Below are positions 39,130 through 52,150 of a stretch of 64,000 nt of DNA, piece after piece. Position 1 is the stretch's first letter. Every line of letters begins with the position of its first letter. The DNA is taken from contig NMRA01000596.1 in assembly GCA_002633005.1 (NCBI GenBank), forward strand, positions 125,494-189,493, given 5' to 3'. The notes under the pieces are model-generated. The model ran no database searches. It was not told the origin of the DNA and was given only the letters and a program-made list of their open reading frames with translations. The translations under genes were made by a program, and so were the position numbers. The stretch is from Phoronis australis. Lineage: Eukaryota; Animalia; Phoronida.

Positions 39130-40489
39130 CTACAAGATGAAGTTATGAGATACAACCCAAAAACGTTTGCAGAACCAGTGACGGTGAAAATTCCTGGAAG
39201 CATAAAAGCCCAAAATTCTGATCAACGCATCTCCTACAGTAACTTTCCACTAACAGCACAGATGTAACTATTATGTTTTTAACTGTCCACACAACATGAG
39301 CAGATAATGATCAACTCCAGTCATTGGCAATAGCCTGTTAGTTAATTCTCTAAAGTTGATGGACTGAATCGTGCAAAGTTGATGATTTTCATTATTAAAG
39401 GCATCCAATGTTGTTCTGAATGCCCACAGTTTTTTAAATGATTATCTGACATAGCTATGGTATATAACTTGAAAACAGTCAACACAGTTATTTGAACAGC
39501 TTATTATTTTAAATGCCTTTTTCTTATTAAAATGACATCAGTAAAAATTTATTTTCTGGCCTCAAAAGTGTGGCCCCCTATAATAACACTGGGGCACCAC
39601 CTGAAAGGGACCCACTTTTTGGTCACCTTCGGCTGTGCACCCTACATTTATACAGTGGACCTGCACACAATTGACAGAAAAGCAAGGTCTCTATATTAAT
39701 ATAGAGGCCCCACTTTCCAGTCGCCTTCAGGCGGGAAAGCCTCACAATAATATTGTCGGCTCCAAAAGCAATCAAAGAGCAGGCCTTCTATTATAATATA
39801 GAGGGCTCTTAGAGAGTTTGAAAGAACTGAAATTAAACTGACTTGTAAAAACAGAACAAAGTCGTGTCTTCAATGAAATACGCATACAAGGAAGGTTACT
39901 GCCAAATTATACTAATTCCAATTTACAGGGTACGTTTTTCACCAAGTAAATGTTCCTGCTTTGTACAGTAAACGTCAAAAGTATTAATACAACATGATCT
40001 GGAATTTCATGCCAAGAGAATGAAGGAATATCATCTGGAAAGTTATGAAAGTGGCTAAGCCATTCTGTAAATGAGACTTAGCAGCCGTAACAGTCATTAC
40101 CTGTCACTTATGCTGTTAACAAATTTAGCACTCATGACTGCACAGGGAACAATATTTAGTCTGATTACTTTTGTGTTCTATGTAAAGAAGGTAGAAAATA
40201 TATCTGAAACTAAATAAGGCGATCCAGATCCTCCCAAGGATACTATTGTTTCATGAAATGAAGAATATAAATCGGTAAATAAAACAACAAGAAAGAAGTT
40301 CATGCCAAAATTTATTGATCACTGGAACAGTCAATTGCTTTTCGTTACCTCTATGTGGTACCTCTTTATTTGTGCACTGTTAGGACTGGTCAGGCCTTAT
40401 AGAACCCTGACGATTTCCCTGATATACATTCACCCTAAGCCAGAACCACCTAATTTTCTTGCTAATGCCATGGAACATACAACACAAAC

Positions 40490-40687
40490 CTGCTTCGAAT
40501 TTGGTGAACTTAGCCAAGCTGATGAACGTCTGGCCTTTGAGCGTGCTCAACTTAGCAGAATTATTCCAAGGAGGTGATGTCACGTGCTTCTGCTCCACGA
40601 CGGCAGCCATGTTTGGATTGTCCGACTTGAATGCAGACGGGAAGTTATAGCCGTAAATCCATGGATAAGTGTACAGCATTTGTCTTC
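40490..40687 (-). CDS. DNASE2: DNase II copy A, coding exon 5
   Basis: RQMLYTYPWIYGYNFP...LSTLKGQTFISLAKFTKFEA(D); AG/GT sites; phases 1/1. Confidence 0.92.
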
Positions 40688-41024
40688 CTGTAATGGCAGC
40701 AACAAGAAAATTATCCATTGAAGCAATGAACAGTTGTAACTGCTCCAGATATGCATGCATGCAATGACAAGTCAAGAGAGTTGTATACTGGTCATACCAA
40801 ACGTTTTTTAACATTACTTGAAACATTCCGGTTATCAATTGACAAATATTCATTTTTAATTTGGTAAATAATGAAAAACAAGAGGTAAAGTTCATAAGGT
40901 CATCAAGAACAGTGAATACTAAAAAGAAACAGTTGAAACAGTCACTGCATGAGTTGAAAATAGTTCCACTTCTCAACAATAGGGTTTCAGACGGAAGAGA
41001 TGAGACCAACTGAACATCACTTGC

Positions 41025-41180
41025 CTATCTCATCAAGTTGATCGTACGATAAACTCATGCACAGAAACGTCTGTCCGTACTCTCTACCCGATGGGGGATA
41101 GCCGTATTGCCCAACTGGTGGGAACCGTGGCAGACTGTGCACTAACCAAAATCCAGACTTCTTGTCGAAGCAGACGTCAC
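41025..41180 (-). CDS. DNASE2: DNase II copy A, coding exon 4
   Basis: DVCFDKKSGFWLVHSLPRFPP...YGQTFLCMSLSYDQLDEI(G); ends at the non-canonical donor AG|GCAAGT; phases 1/1. Confidence 0.92.
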
Positions 41181-42432
41181 CTGTTCCAAAAAATGGAGAC
41201 TTCATAGACAAGCACGTTAGAGTTAGGTACAGCACAGTAAAATGGTTAAAAATAACATTGTCTAACAGAACAAGCTGCTGGATCCCAAGGCAGACTCGCA
41301 CTGTAAAAAAAAATGTAAACAGCATTTAAGGTCAGCATTCAGAAACTTTTATGAACATAGGCATGTAGGTCTACCAAACGAGCAACAATGTAATTTCTTA
41401 GGATTTGTAAATTCTCAACACTATTAGTGAGTGTCAACAAAAATGAGGCTTCAGCACTGGTTTTTAGTCAGACACTGGGTCATTCAGTTAATTTTGGACT
41501 ATATTTTGTAACTAGTCAAACACCCTTTACAACCTGTTTCACGAAGAATTTTTAGCCCAAAGAATAAGCCCTCCTCCATGTTTCCGACCAAAAATTGTTT
41601 TCTCTTAATATACCAGAAAAAGTCTTAAAAGTACCATTTTCTGAAATCTCAAGAAAACCACAAAACACATATGACAAAAATTGTCCAGTTAGGTATCACA
41701 GTGAAAATAAATTTTAGAAATACTGACCCAACAAATTCAAGAACCGCCAAAAAGACTGGAAAATTAACCATGTCTTAAAGTCTGGAATTAACCACATTTG
41801 CTTTGGCCAAAATATGAGTAGGAACTTTCGTTAAAATCAGCGCGTACAAAAACAAAGACATTGTATCAGTCCACATTTGGCCTTGTTATTACTAAGTCAG
41901 GTAACAGAGGAGAACAGGCATCACACTTACGCATCAAAATGCATGGCGAGGAAAGAGACAAGAAATCAAATCGTTGGAGCTCAAATGAACCAATGTTTCT
42001 AAGTATTCAGATAGCACCCAGCATTATTCAACCATGTGCATAGCCTTCTTTATAAGGAACCTTGTCCAGGAGCTGAATGTGGTTCAATACACGCTGCGTG
42101 TGCTTCAATGGGACTCATTTTCAATTTCTGCTGCAATGTTGATGTTTCAAATACTATAGGCTGTCCCAACACAGTTTTGTCATGAAGACGGTTTAAACTG
42201 ACCAGTACACCTATTTCCTCAAGACGATTAATGGTTCTAAGTGCATCAAAATTCTGACAATCAGTACCACATCTGTAACTATCAGGTAAAACTTTATTAA
42301 TTGGCGTATTGCACGAGAAGAAAATAAACTTTCAAATCAGTGATAACAGCATATCAGCTTACAGTTCTCATAATGGTTAATTTGCGTAAACACAATTTTG
42401 CCTTATGAAGCCAAACTGATGGCTTCACCTAC

Positions 42433-42505
42433 CTTTTGTATGGCCAAACTCCTCAGTCCACTCGCCATCAGGTTTCTCATCATTGTGGAAAACATGCATA
42501 ACATC
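42433..42505 (-). CDS. DNASE2: DNase II copy A, coding exon 3 (first catalytic HxK motif)
   Basis: DVMHVFHNDEKPDGEWTEEFGHTK(G); acceptor ttgtctAG, donor G|GTAGGT; phases 0/1. Confidence 0.93.
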
Positions 42506-43249
42506 CTAGACAATACAAAAGGTTAGCATTAGAAGCACACAGTGGCAATACGTTGAAATTTGGGGCTTCCTTACATGGTGAAAGGAGTATGGTATGCAAA
42601 CAACTGCAAGGCACTTACAAGACATGTAACTAAAGGGTGATAGTGAAGCATTGGAATTTCAAAGTATTTTTAACATCACCCAGGTGACAAAATGTCATCT
42701 TTGCACAGTAGGATGTTCCGATTCATGTTAAAGAGCACAATGCCATTAAATGGCTGTGAATGCTAGAAATTCCATTTCATCTTCATTCAGTCTTGACCAC
42801 CAATGAATTTAAGTAGGTCAACGTAAGAGACTTTTGTGCTCTCACAACATCAAAGACTTTTTAAGACGAATGTTTCCTGGTGAACGGTGTTTTACCTTCA
42901 CCGGAAATTCCAGGAAGTTATGAAACACTTAGATCACAAACAGACATATTCACAAAAAAATCAGTTTTCTTATGTCACAGTTTTCACATAATTATTTTCA
43001 ATTAAATTTGAACAAAGCATTATTGAATGGTCATAATCCAAAGTTAAAGGGTGTGAGAGAATAACTTTTGTCCTACTTAAACAAATTCGATTATTACATT
43101 TCAAAAGTTGTGATACTACTATAGAGAATTCTTGTGGTTTTAATGAAAAACTTGGAACAATTCAAAAAAGACCATGAGAACGAATCTATAGTGAGCTCAC
43201 ACAGATCATATAATCAACAGTGACTGTATACCTTGTGCAGCGTACAAAC

Positions 43250-43433
43250 CTGGGAATTGGCATTGTCATATATCTGCTGCAGCGTGTAGTACACTGCATG
43301 GCCTGTGGTGTTCATGGAGACAGGAGATAAATCCCAAACAGGACGATTGACATCCATGTAGAAGTGGCCAAACCCACTCTGGATCAAAGGGTTCGGACTC
43401 TCCTTCAACTCAGGTAGCTTGTAGACAATGAAC
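43250..43433 (-). CDS. DNASE2: DNase II copy A, coding exon 2
   Basis: (W)FIVYKLP...GHAVYYTLQQIYDNANSQ; canonical AG/GT sites; phases 2/0. Confidence 0.93.
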
Positions 43434-44160
43434 CTACAGACAAGATACATGTGCACGACAGCTTGAACAATGTCATCTTTGGCCCTTTGGTGTTGAGCAA
43501 GCCCAAAAAACTAATTTCAACCATCTCCAGTTGGTGTGCTAACTCAATAGCCTACTTAACTCAGAGATGGTTTATCACCGTGACAACAAAAGGGATATGG
43601 GGGTTAAACACCCCTTAACAATCACTGGTTTGGAGGGTAATGTTGCAATATTTTGAAGAATTGACAATAATTAGGGTGATTTGTAACTAGACAAATGGAT
43701 GGCTGTGAGAGATGAGATGGGGCAAAGTTTGCGAGAAAAGATCTGCAATAGTTTTGCCTAAGCAGCAGGAAATTTTTAGTTAAATAACTAATAACTAACC
43801 AACCAAGTATGTAAGACCCGACATCACGCAACCTGTTGATTTGATCAGTTGCTTTGTATTGTAGTTGAATTAGATTCTGAATGCAGTGTGTATTATTCAA
43901 GACAAAAGCATGCAAAATCATGGCAGCTTTAGTGCACCCGTTGACCAGAGTTAAACAACCATGATAGTGCCCCAATGATATTTTATGTGCCAGTGACACA
44001 GGACATATCCTTACGTACGTATCCCTGGTGATATGGACACCAGTACAACACGAAATTTAATCAGTTAGCATATGCCCTTAGAAATGTAATGGCTACAACT
44101 TTTGAACATCTCATAGTAAGTGTTGCGATTATCTTCATGTCATAGCCAGTAGCTCAACCA

Positions 44161-44339
44161 GCAACTAGACATGGTGAGAGGGGAGTGAAGCCATGGCAAC
44201 TAGACATGGTGAGAGGGGAGTGAAGCCATGGCAACTAGACATAGTGAGAGGGGAGTGAAGCCATGGCAACTAGACATGGTGAGAGGGGAGTGAAGCCATG
44301 GTAACTAGACATGGTGAGAGGGGAGTGAAGCTATGGCAA
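44161..44339. repeat. 35-bp minisatellite, ~5.1 copies
   Basis: Unit GCAACTAGACATGGTGAGAGGGGAGTGAAGCCATG repeated head to tail with few substitutions and no spacers. Confidence 0.95.
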
Positions 44340-45157
44340 AGTCATCCCGAAGGACTGAGCAGAGGAGCAGTTATTTTTAAACAGCTATTCAACACCAACA
44401 GGGGTAACGAAAAATTCATGACGAGGAACCCAGTACAGTTAAAAATTGGGATAATGGTGGTCCAGTGGGGTTGGAGCTTGCAAATGTGAACAAAATAGCC
44501 CACTGAACTCAGTCCAGCAATTTGGGCTGCTTGGGTGGTCAGCAATGTAACCCTATAGGACACCTCATTATGTCATAAAACTATATGTGCCTATTGACTG
44601 TTGAGAGCCCAGCAGGGGATGGAAACATTTAAATTTGTTGTTTAATTCCCAACTTTAATTGAGTTTTGAAATTTCTCATGTACTAGCTTGAGTTTTCGCC
44701 TGCACTAGGTCAATCCAAAACACTCATGACTAAAGGCTCTTAAATTTTCCCAACCTGGGATGCGTAAAAGGGGTTCACCTAAAGGGACAGTTGTCTGAAC
44801 TAATGATTAGAGGACTAAATACCCAGCACCAAACATCAGTTACATTCAAAAGGCCCATTGCCAGTGATGACAGAGGGTGATAGAAAGGACTTTTACAGTG
44901 CACTTACCTTCAAGACACAGAGAATCATGAATGCACCAAGTGGAAGAGTACACTAAATGGCCAGAAAATGGAACTTTTTGCAATCCCCATTTTGCAATAA
45001 ACTAACGGAGTCATTAACCTTTGTGCTGCCACCAGCTTTCTGTCTAAACAAGTTGCAGTAGCTCAATGCCTGGAGAATACTTGGAGACCAGACTTCCTTT
45101 AAACTGAGCTGAAATTGTATTCCATACACAATACTCGTGTTGAGTTATTTCACTTAC

Positions 45158-45279
45158 CAATCCACAGGCTTGCCAGCATGGTCCATACACTGGATCTTTC
45201 CGTTGACAAATGGTAACAACACAGCTACCAACAGGGCAACAAGTGTTGGCAAGGTACCATGCTGCCACCTGGTGGCCAT
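45158..45279 (-). CDS. DNASE2: Deoxyribonuclease II copy A, coding exon 1 (signal peptide)
   Basis: MATRWQHGTLPTLVALLVAVLLPFVNGKIQCMDHAGKPVD(W); the C-x-D-x2-G-x-PVDW start is typical of DNase II; donor TG|GTAAGT, phase 2. Confidence 0.92.
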
Positions 45280-46067
45280 TTTGAAAAGAAGGTGCTGTGA
45301 TCCTCACTGTAATTAGATAAAACTCACAATTAAGTGTCTGGGACACACGTTTTCAAAGATGAATTACGATTAGTTTTTCATTTTGTAATTGGTTAACAAA
45401 ACAATTCAGATTTGCAAATAAAGCTAGTTGAAATTTAGCTTTCCATAACTGCATTATGTTCAAATTAGTGTAGCATTTAAGCATGCTTCACAAACTTAAT
45501 AAGCAACTTGAAAACTGTACGCTCGTCACATGAGCGCCATTTGTGCATTTTCTGCACTGCTTTCGGCAAATTTCAACGGTCTTGACAAAGCAAAATTTGT
45601 TCGCAAATTCAATTTGCTGATACTTAAGCACTAAAGACTTCTAATGCGCAGAAACCAATTCTTGCTATTATGTGAACTATATGCAATCTGTTCAGCTGAC
45701 CAAAAAGGAGACTGGAATTAGGCCTTTTCCGAGCATACAATTGGTATCGTAACACAGTTTTTGCATGACCAACAAGAACATTAAAAAACATCAACAACTC
45801 ACGAAAAATGCTTCAGAGTTCATTGGAGCTGGACAATTCTAAACTTGCAAATTCGAAAATGGTGCGTGTATGCATGGCTAAACCTAAAATAATCAGACTG
45901 AGTACTTTTACCAGGCATCTTACTTTTCCTGTTTTCACGTTTACGGCAGACAATTCGTAGTTAGAAAGCCAGAAGAGTATGCAACAAAACATTATTCATA
46001 GCAATAGTTTTGTTTTTTTACTTAAATGACTGTAATTGGCGAGCAAGCATAAACCAATGGTACTTGC

Positions 46068-46739
46068 TGTCACGTTTTTCCCCGTGTGTGGGTGGGCGCA
46101 GATTGTTACAGACCGGTGCTAATAGTTTTTGGTGCGACGATTGACTGAAGACTGATTCGAGTTAATAATTTATTAATCCTGACAGTACGTTCACAAGCCT
46201 ACTCAAACAAAACGTTCGACGTAATGTCTCTTTATGCTCCAGCCAGTGCTGCAAAGCCTTGACTTGTGATGAACTTCTGAGACACGTTCCACAACTGTTA
46301 CACTCATCGATTCAATAACCTGCTGTCTCTATAGCTGGCTCTCTATTGGCTATCGCTGTAATTGCTGATTCTCTTCATTGCAACTCAACTGTAGTTCTCC
46401 TAATTAACTTTCTTGAATTTCTGATGAACTGACTTCATCTGACTAACACAAACCCGTGCTTGTGTATTTATAGCCTGATGCATTGTTTTGGAACTTTTCA
46501 TCCTTTCAAGCACATTCTAGAACTTTCCTGAATCTACTCAACCATCCTACAAACATGAACTAGTCTTTAGAATATTCCAGACTGCATTAATCACTGTCAT
46601 GCCAGAGTCTTCTAGAAAGTTCCACACTATACTGCAGTAAACAATTCATCTCTGTACTTAACTCAGGGGTCATGCCAATCAAACAGAACAACAAAACAAA
46701 ACAATACAACCAAAAACATTGTCAGTCTATATTCTGACA
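46068..46739 (-). mobile_element. Solo LTR (672 bp)
   Basis: TGTCA...TGACA termini; 5-bp TSD CTTGC (46063-46067, 46740-46744); minus-strand TATAAA near 46467-46472 and AATAAA near 46169-46174. Confidence 0.78.
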
Positions 46740-47685
46740 CTTGCCCTGCCTTTTTATGAACAGCAGCTCTCCGAGAAACATGGAATTTGCTTTAAAAGCT
46801 AGTAACCTAAATTGTTTCAAAATATATTGCTCTGTTCACATTTCCTTCACCAGAATTCCCAATCTCAAATTAAAGCAAAAGACCAGTCCAAAACACGACT
46901 CCATTAATTGTCTTTTTTCCACTTTCGCCAGAAGGAAGTCCCAAAGACAACTCTCATTTCCAAAAGGCATAAGTAAACTATACTTAGTCAGTAAATTTAA
47001 TTCTGACATCATGACAACATCAACTTTTAAGCCAAGGTACTGTTGATAAATTTTGGGGGAAAAGACATTTGCGACCTCAGAATGTGTTTAGCGACCTGGG
47101 AAAAATGGCCACGAAGTCGCCACTGCGAGTATGTCACTGGTAGACAATAATTCCTCTCAAATTTGTTTCAAAGTTGATGCTGACTTCCAAACTTCAAATT
47201 ACAAACAGCTTGCCCATATTTAATATGCTAGGACATTGATAAATCTAGTCGAAATCACACTTTCTCATTTGAAATACACGGTGATATGTCACGTAATCTC
47301 GCAGTCTTGCTTTTAGCGAGGTTCTAACATTACTTAACTCTACCCAGGACCTGTTGCTGGGCCCATGTAACATTGTTTGCAAGATTGCACTACAACCAAT
47401 ACACTACCACTTGCGTCCTCAGCTTCTGATCGTCCCCAATACACTACATATGTACTACAAGGTATGACACCCGGAACAAGGAATTTCACGGGTGCTTCAC
47501 TTCAGTCATCCATATCAAACACAACTCAGTAAATTTACACAAAATAGGGGTTCAGCAAACCATGAGCAATTTTTCTTTCTTCTGATAGCATTTACAGTGT
47601 CCTGCTCCAGCGATTTCACAACAAATTCGCAGTCAAAGCACAAAATTCTTCCCAAAATGCCGATGCGGTATTAGCGAAAGCGTAT

Positions 47686-48070
47686 ATGAACACAGTCAAA
47701 CCCAGTGCGTCCGTTTGGGCAGAATAGTTTGCCTTAACTTCTGTTGTAGTTGGGCTATTTTGGTGATTCAAACGCGGAACATGATCAGCATTTGACGTGG
47801 AATTCGGAAATGCTTTTGGTTTAAGCTCAAATATGTTATAACTTAACTTTCATTTTTATCAGCCCAGCCCAGTCAGTCTATAGATCATGTAGAATACGAT
47901 GTGATCGGAGATTAGAGCAATTATCGAACAAAAGAGCGCAGGTCCTCCAACCATAAATGCCAGAATGGAGTTAATCAGTCGTGTAAGATATTGGCTACGG
48001 GGGTAAACTTCCCAACTTGTTGTTGGGTTATGGAATCGAACAAGTTGGGAGCAACGGTATGTCGTCGTCA
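47686..48070 (-). repeat. ~380-bp interspersed repeat, copy 2
   Basis: Direct similarity to 55040-55421. Confidence 0.8.
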
Positions 48071-48184
48071 TGTACACTCTTTCCTTCACCAGCTGACACT
48101 GCAAGGCCTACTTTTTACCCACGTCGTTCCAACGCTGTATAGTTTTGCATTAAGGTTACATAGAGCTTTTCTACCACCGTTTAC

Positions 48185-48511
48185 CTTCGTTAATTTGGGC
48201 CGCCTTGTCCGTAAAATCCTGCTGTAATCAGGATATTCGCTACAGCATCGCTTTCGTTGAAGATCGAGGCACAACTCGATCAGTTCCGACAGCTACAGTC
48301 ACATGATTTGTACGATAAGGCCGCTTAGGCTTAGTACAACAAACAATTTTCAATCGAAAGCAAAAACAAAACATATTAGGTAAAAATCTATTGTTGTGGA
48401 TCCAAACATGATGCGGAGTTCTTTTTATTCGTTGAGTATGTGTTTGGATCCATCCCGCTTCACGTGAGTCGCATTTTTTTGATTTGACCTATTTTTAATT
48501 GTGTCACATGT
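48185..48511 (-). promoter_or_regulatory. Candidate promoter and non-coding first exon of DNase II copy A with CLEAR/M-box-like E-boxes
   Basis: Coding exon 1 is preceded by an acceptor (ttacAG|tgaggat), implying an upstream exon; donor AAG|GTAAAC at 48185/48184; GTCACATGA 48298-48306, TCACGTGA 48460-48467, GTCACATG near 48503; locally CpG-rich. Confidence 0.4.
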
Positions 48512-50257
48512 GGTGAACTTGAGCTTATTTATGTTCCGGCCCGTACATCATTGGAATCCCGCCCAAATCTTTCGGAATATTCCGATACGGGCGGCGAATT
48601 ACATTGTAGACTGGATGGATAAAGATTCTACGTATTTCATCATGAACTAGCGCTAGCCAATGTGTACAAAACAAATCATGCACGAGGCAGTAGGTGGTGG
48701 ATAACTTCAGACTTTCAAAAGTCGTGAAACAGATGTGTTTTGTTTCAAATAGCCTACTTTCACCCAAAAACTTCGAATGGAGAAAAACGGTTGACTTTCA
48801 CATAAATTATATAACTTTCACCTGTGTTGATTCCTTTGGGACTGTAATAAGCTCTGACCCGGGCCAGCTAGTAACCACAGTGGCGGATCTAGGATTGACA
48901 ACTGAGGGGGGCCCAACATCTTGTCTGATCGAGTGTAAACATTTGCTCAAAGCACGATTTGCGCATAGCACCGAATGGGGGAGATCCGGGAGGGGGGGCA
49001 AAAAAATAAAAAGAGCTGCTTGCAAGAAAACCGTAGTTCAGGTTTGTGCATGATACATGTACATGAGGATGTACATTGTACACTTGTTCAGCTCATTGAA
49101 ACATCAGTGCTTGGGTAACGTGTTTGTGTAATTATTCATTGAAGCGTACGGAGTAACATGGGTTCCCCGAGTATTAGAAATTTTAGATTAGTATTTCAAG
49201 ACAAAGTAACATTTATGGTGTCGAATCCAAGGCGGATAAAGGGGAACCGAAAGGTCCCAAGGACACACCCCACGGGCAACTAAAAACGCCACCAGCTTAT
49301 GTTTTTGGGCGTTTTCTTTATAATTGTGAGTGGTCCACCCATCAGAGACCGGCGCTTGGAATGCAGGCGGACCTTTTTTCCTGTATGTGTACTGTTGGAC
49401 CCCCGTCCTGAACGTGACGTCCTATGGCCACTGCAGACTCGAAGTAATTAGTACCCATTCGCCGTGAGTAAAAAAATAGTCAGGTTTTGCGCATTCAATG
49501 CACATTTGAAATTTAGCCTTACCCCTAATTTTACAACTAACACTGGTATTAAGCAATTACATGTAAATACCACATGAAAGATGTAGACGTTGGTTGTTTT
49601 GACGGGCGAGGCTGGTTGGTGGCAACGACGAATGTGGAGATCGGCCGGAGGAAACATAAAACTTTGGACATTGTCCCAACGTGGTCCTGTCTCTGTTTGT
49701 CCCGTCATAAAACTATATTTACATTGCCTTATGGGAGATAAAGTGCAGTGATTTCCCCTGGTTATCGGGAATTCCTGAACAACGGGTCCAACCAGACGAT
49801 CGAGGCCACTAACGACTGTATCACTTGTTTAGAGCGCCGTCTTACAGTTAACAGCCNTTTAGAGGGGGGCCAAGGGGCCATGGTCCCCCCTAAATCTCTC
49901 CCAGATTCCATTTGGCAGTTCGGGGGTGCGCCGTCTGACGGGCAAAATACTGGCTAATACTCTGCCCTCACTGGCCCCCCTTAAATAAAAATCCAGGATC
50001 CGGCCTTTGGGGTTTAGGGGGCTTTAGCCCCACCCCCACTTTTTTCAGTGCTGCGCCCGGCTCATGAACAGCCATCTATTCCCAAAGTGTTGTAAACTAA
50101 AAGTAACAAGAATTTTATAACCATATTTCTGTAATGCCTCTCTCAAAATGTACAACCTTCAGAATACATCAATCGTGTTTATAAGTTTTACTAAACGTTA
50201 AACGACAAATAATCAGTGTTCTCGAACTCATACCTAAGACGCTTACATGTCCAGCTA

Positions 50258-50644
50258 GGGCCCTGGTTCTAATCTTTTACTCAAAATGGAACTCGAAATT
50301 AATTTTGGCATTTTCTACTCTAGTACATTTGTGAGAAATCAAGATAAGTGTCTATTATTCTATACTCGAATACACAATGACTTACCAGGATAATTTTCAT
50401 AGTCCCAGTTTGCAGTTGCTAAGTACAACATTAAGGCTAAAATTTCGAGCTTTACTCGAGATTGTAGCACACATTTAAGGGTCATCAAGTGCAAACTTGG
50501 ACTCAAAAGAAACTCATGTGCGCATACATAATGTATTCGTGTACAGTCTAATGACCACTTATCTTGAGTTCGCACAGATTAGAAGAAAAGTTGCTAAAAA
50601 TAATTTCGAGTTCGTTTTGAGTATAAAGATTAGAATCCGGGCAC
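50258..50644. mobile_element. Fold-back MITE (possibly PIF/Harbinger-type)
   Basis: ~120-bp imperfect terminal inverted arms (GGGCCCTGGTTCTAATCTTTTACTCAAAA... / ...TTTTGAGTATAAAGATTAGAATCCGGGCAC); TSD not clean. Confidence 0.65.
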
Positions 50645-50819
50645 AGGACCACAAACAGCAGGCATTTTGCTACGAAACATAAAGCGAAATGTACATTACT
50701 ACTTTTGTAATACATCTTTAACACCTTCCACCAAACGTATTCACAATGTTTTTGAAAATGGAATGGAAAATAATAAATGTCTTTAACATGATGAAATACG
50801 AGAGCAAAGATGTTAGCAT

Positions 50820-51655
50820 AACCAGGGCAACAAGGAGCAGTCGCAGATATCTTAAAGAAGAATCAAGGTGCATTCACCCTCTAAATGTATAATTTATTTT
50901 CCAAATGTTTAATTTGGGGTTACATCTATGAACGTTGGTACAAGACATGTCCTTAACGTTTACCGTAACGTGAAAGACACATATGAAGTGTCGTAAGAAA
51001 TCAGGAGAGCAAAAAAGCTACAACAACCGGGGCTACATATGAAAGCTTTCAAAATGGACAATTTTTGAAGTACACATGAAAAACCTGGTAAAAAAGTCGA
51101 TCATTACGTTCAATGGAATTTGAGAGGCACACAACATACATGTACATGTCTATCAACTTAACAAAGTGCTAGACCACAACAGTTACTGAAACGGGACCTC
51201 GCATGGCAGTTGCAGAAATTTTGATACAAAATCAAAGCGAAATCAATTTCAAAATATATGTTTTTGGAGTGCAACAATAAAACCCGGTAAAACTGTGTTC
51301 ATTGTGTTCCCTGATGAGGGGCTCATAACTAATCTCATTTAACTAAATTAACACAGTGAAAATGTGGCATAACCGGGGCCACACATGACAGTCGATATAA
51401 TGACATATTTTGATGCAAAATCAAAAAGAAATCGATGTCAAGACGTACAATTTTAGAGTACTCTTATGAAACCTGGTACAAAACCTTGTTTTCTGAAAGT
51501 TGAAAGACAAATAACAGTGTCCTTTTACTTGATGAATTACAAAGCAAAATATCTGTAGCAGGGCCACAAATGCCAGTCTCGGGTATTTTGATGTAGAATA
51601 AAAGTGACGTTAAATTCCACATGTATATGTTGGGGTTACTTGTACATCAACCATA
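50820..51655. repeat. Degenerate tandem repeat, ~165-190-bp period
   Basis: Recurring GGGcc-ac-catg-cagt...ATTTTGAT-CAAAATCAAA...AAACCTGGTA blocks starting near 51029, 51193, 51375 and 51561. Confidence 0.55.
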
Positions 51656-52150
51656 AGCTTGAACGAATATGATAACTTCAATCTACATATTGAACACACA
51701 ACCCTGTCAACAGCAAAATGTATATGACTGAAGACCTTCGCTACCAGATACATACATGTAGAGTAACAATCCCAGACAGTTTACAGTAACTGGACCTTGG
51801 GCAGTCGTTAACTATCATTTCGCTGCCAGATGATGTAATAATCAGACACAGTTAGCTGAACTTTGTCCACTGCTGACTGGTCCAAGAAATCCAGTTCATT
51901 TACCAAGCGGGTATTCACTACACAAGACAAGACAAGATAGCTCAAGCGGACGTAGGTAAACGCTGCTACATGTATGACGGCTCTGTCTACCTTTGGTACA
52001 AAACTATACGACTTTGGAACAATGTGGGTAAAACAACTGCCATAACAAAATCTGACTCAAAAGCATGTCATAACCCCCTCTTTGTTGATAGCCGCGCCAT
52101 TTTGATACGCGTAAAGGTTATTGTGGCAATATTGGTGTTCAAGGAGTTAA

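Noticed and set aside
40380-41009. Longest ORF in the track (209 aa) as a standalone gene
   Set aside because: Only 40490-40687 is DNase II exon; the remainder is intronic read-through.
44161-44339. 35-bp repeats of CRISPR-like length
   Set aside because: Units are contiguous with no unique spacers, there are no cas genes, and the context is a eukaryotic intron: a minisatellite.
32423-45279. Calling the gene plancitoxin
   Set aside because: The sequence supports the DNase II family only; a toxin role needs phylogeny and expression data.
52071-52105. CAAAATGGCG start-like/YY1 motif on the minus strand suggesting another gene
   Set aside because: The ORF stops after 10 codons and no supporting exon structure was found.
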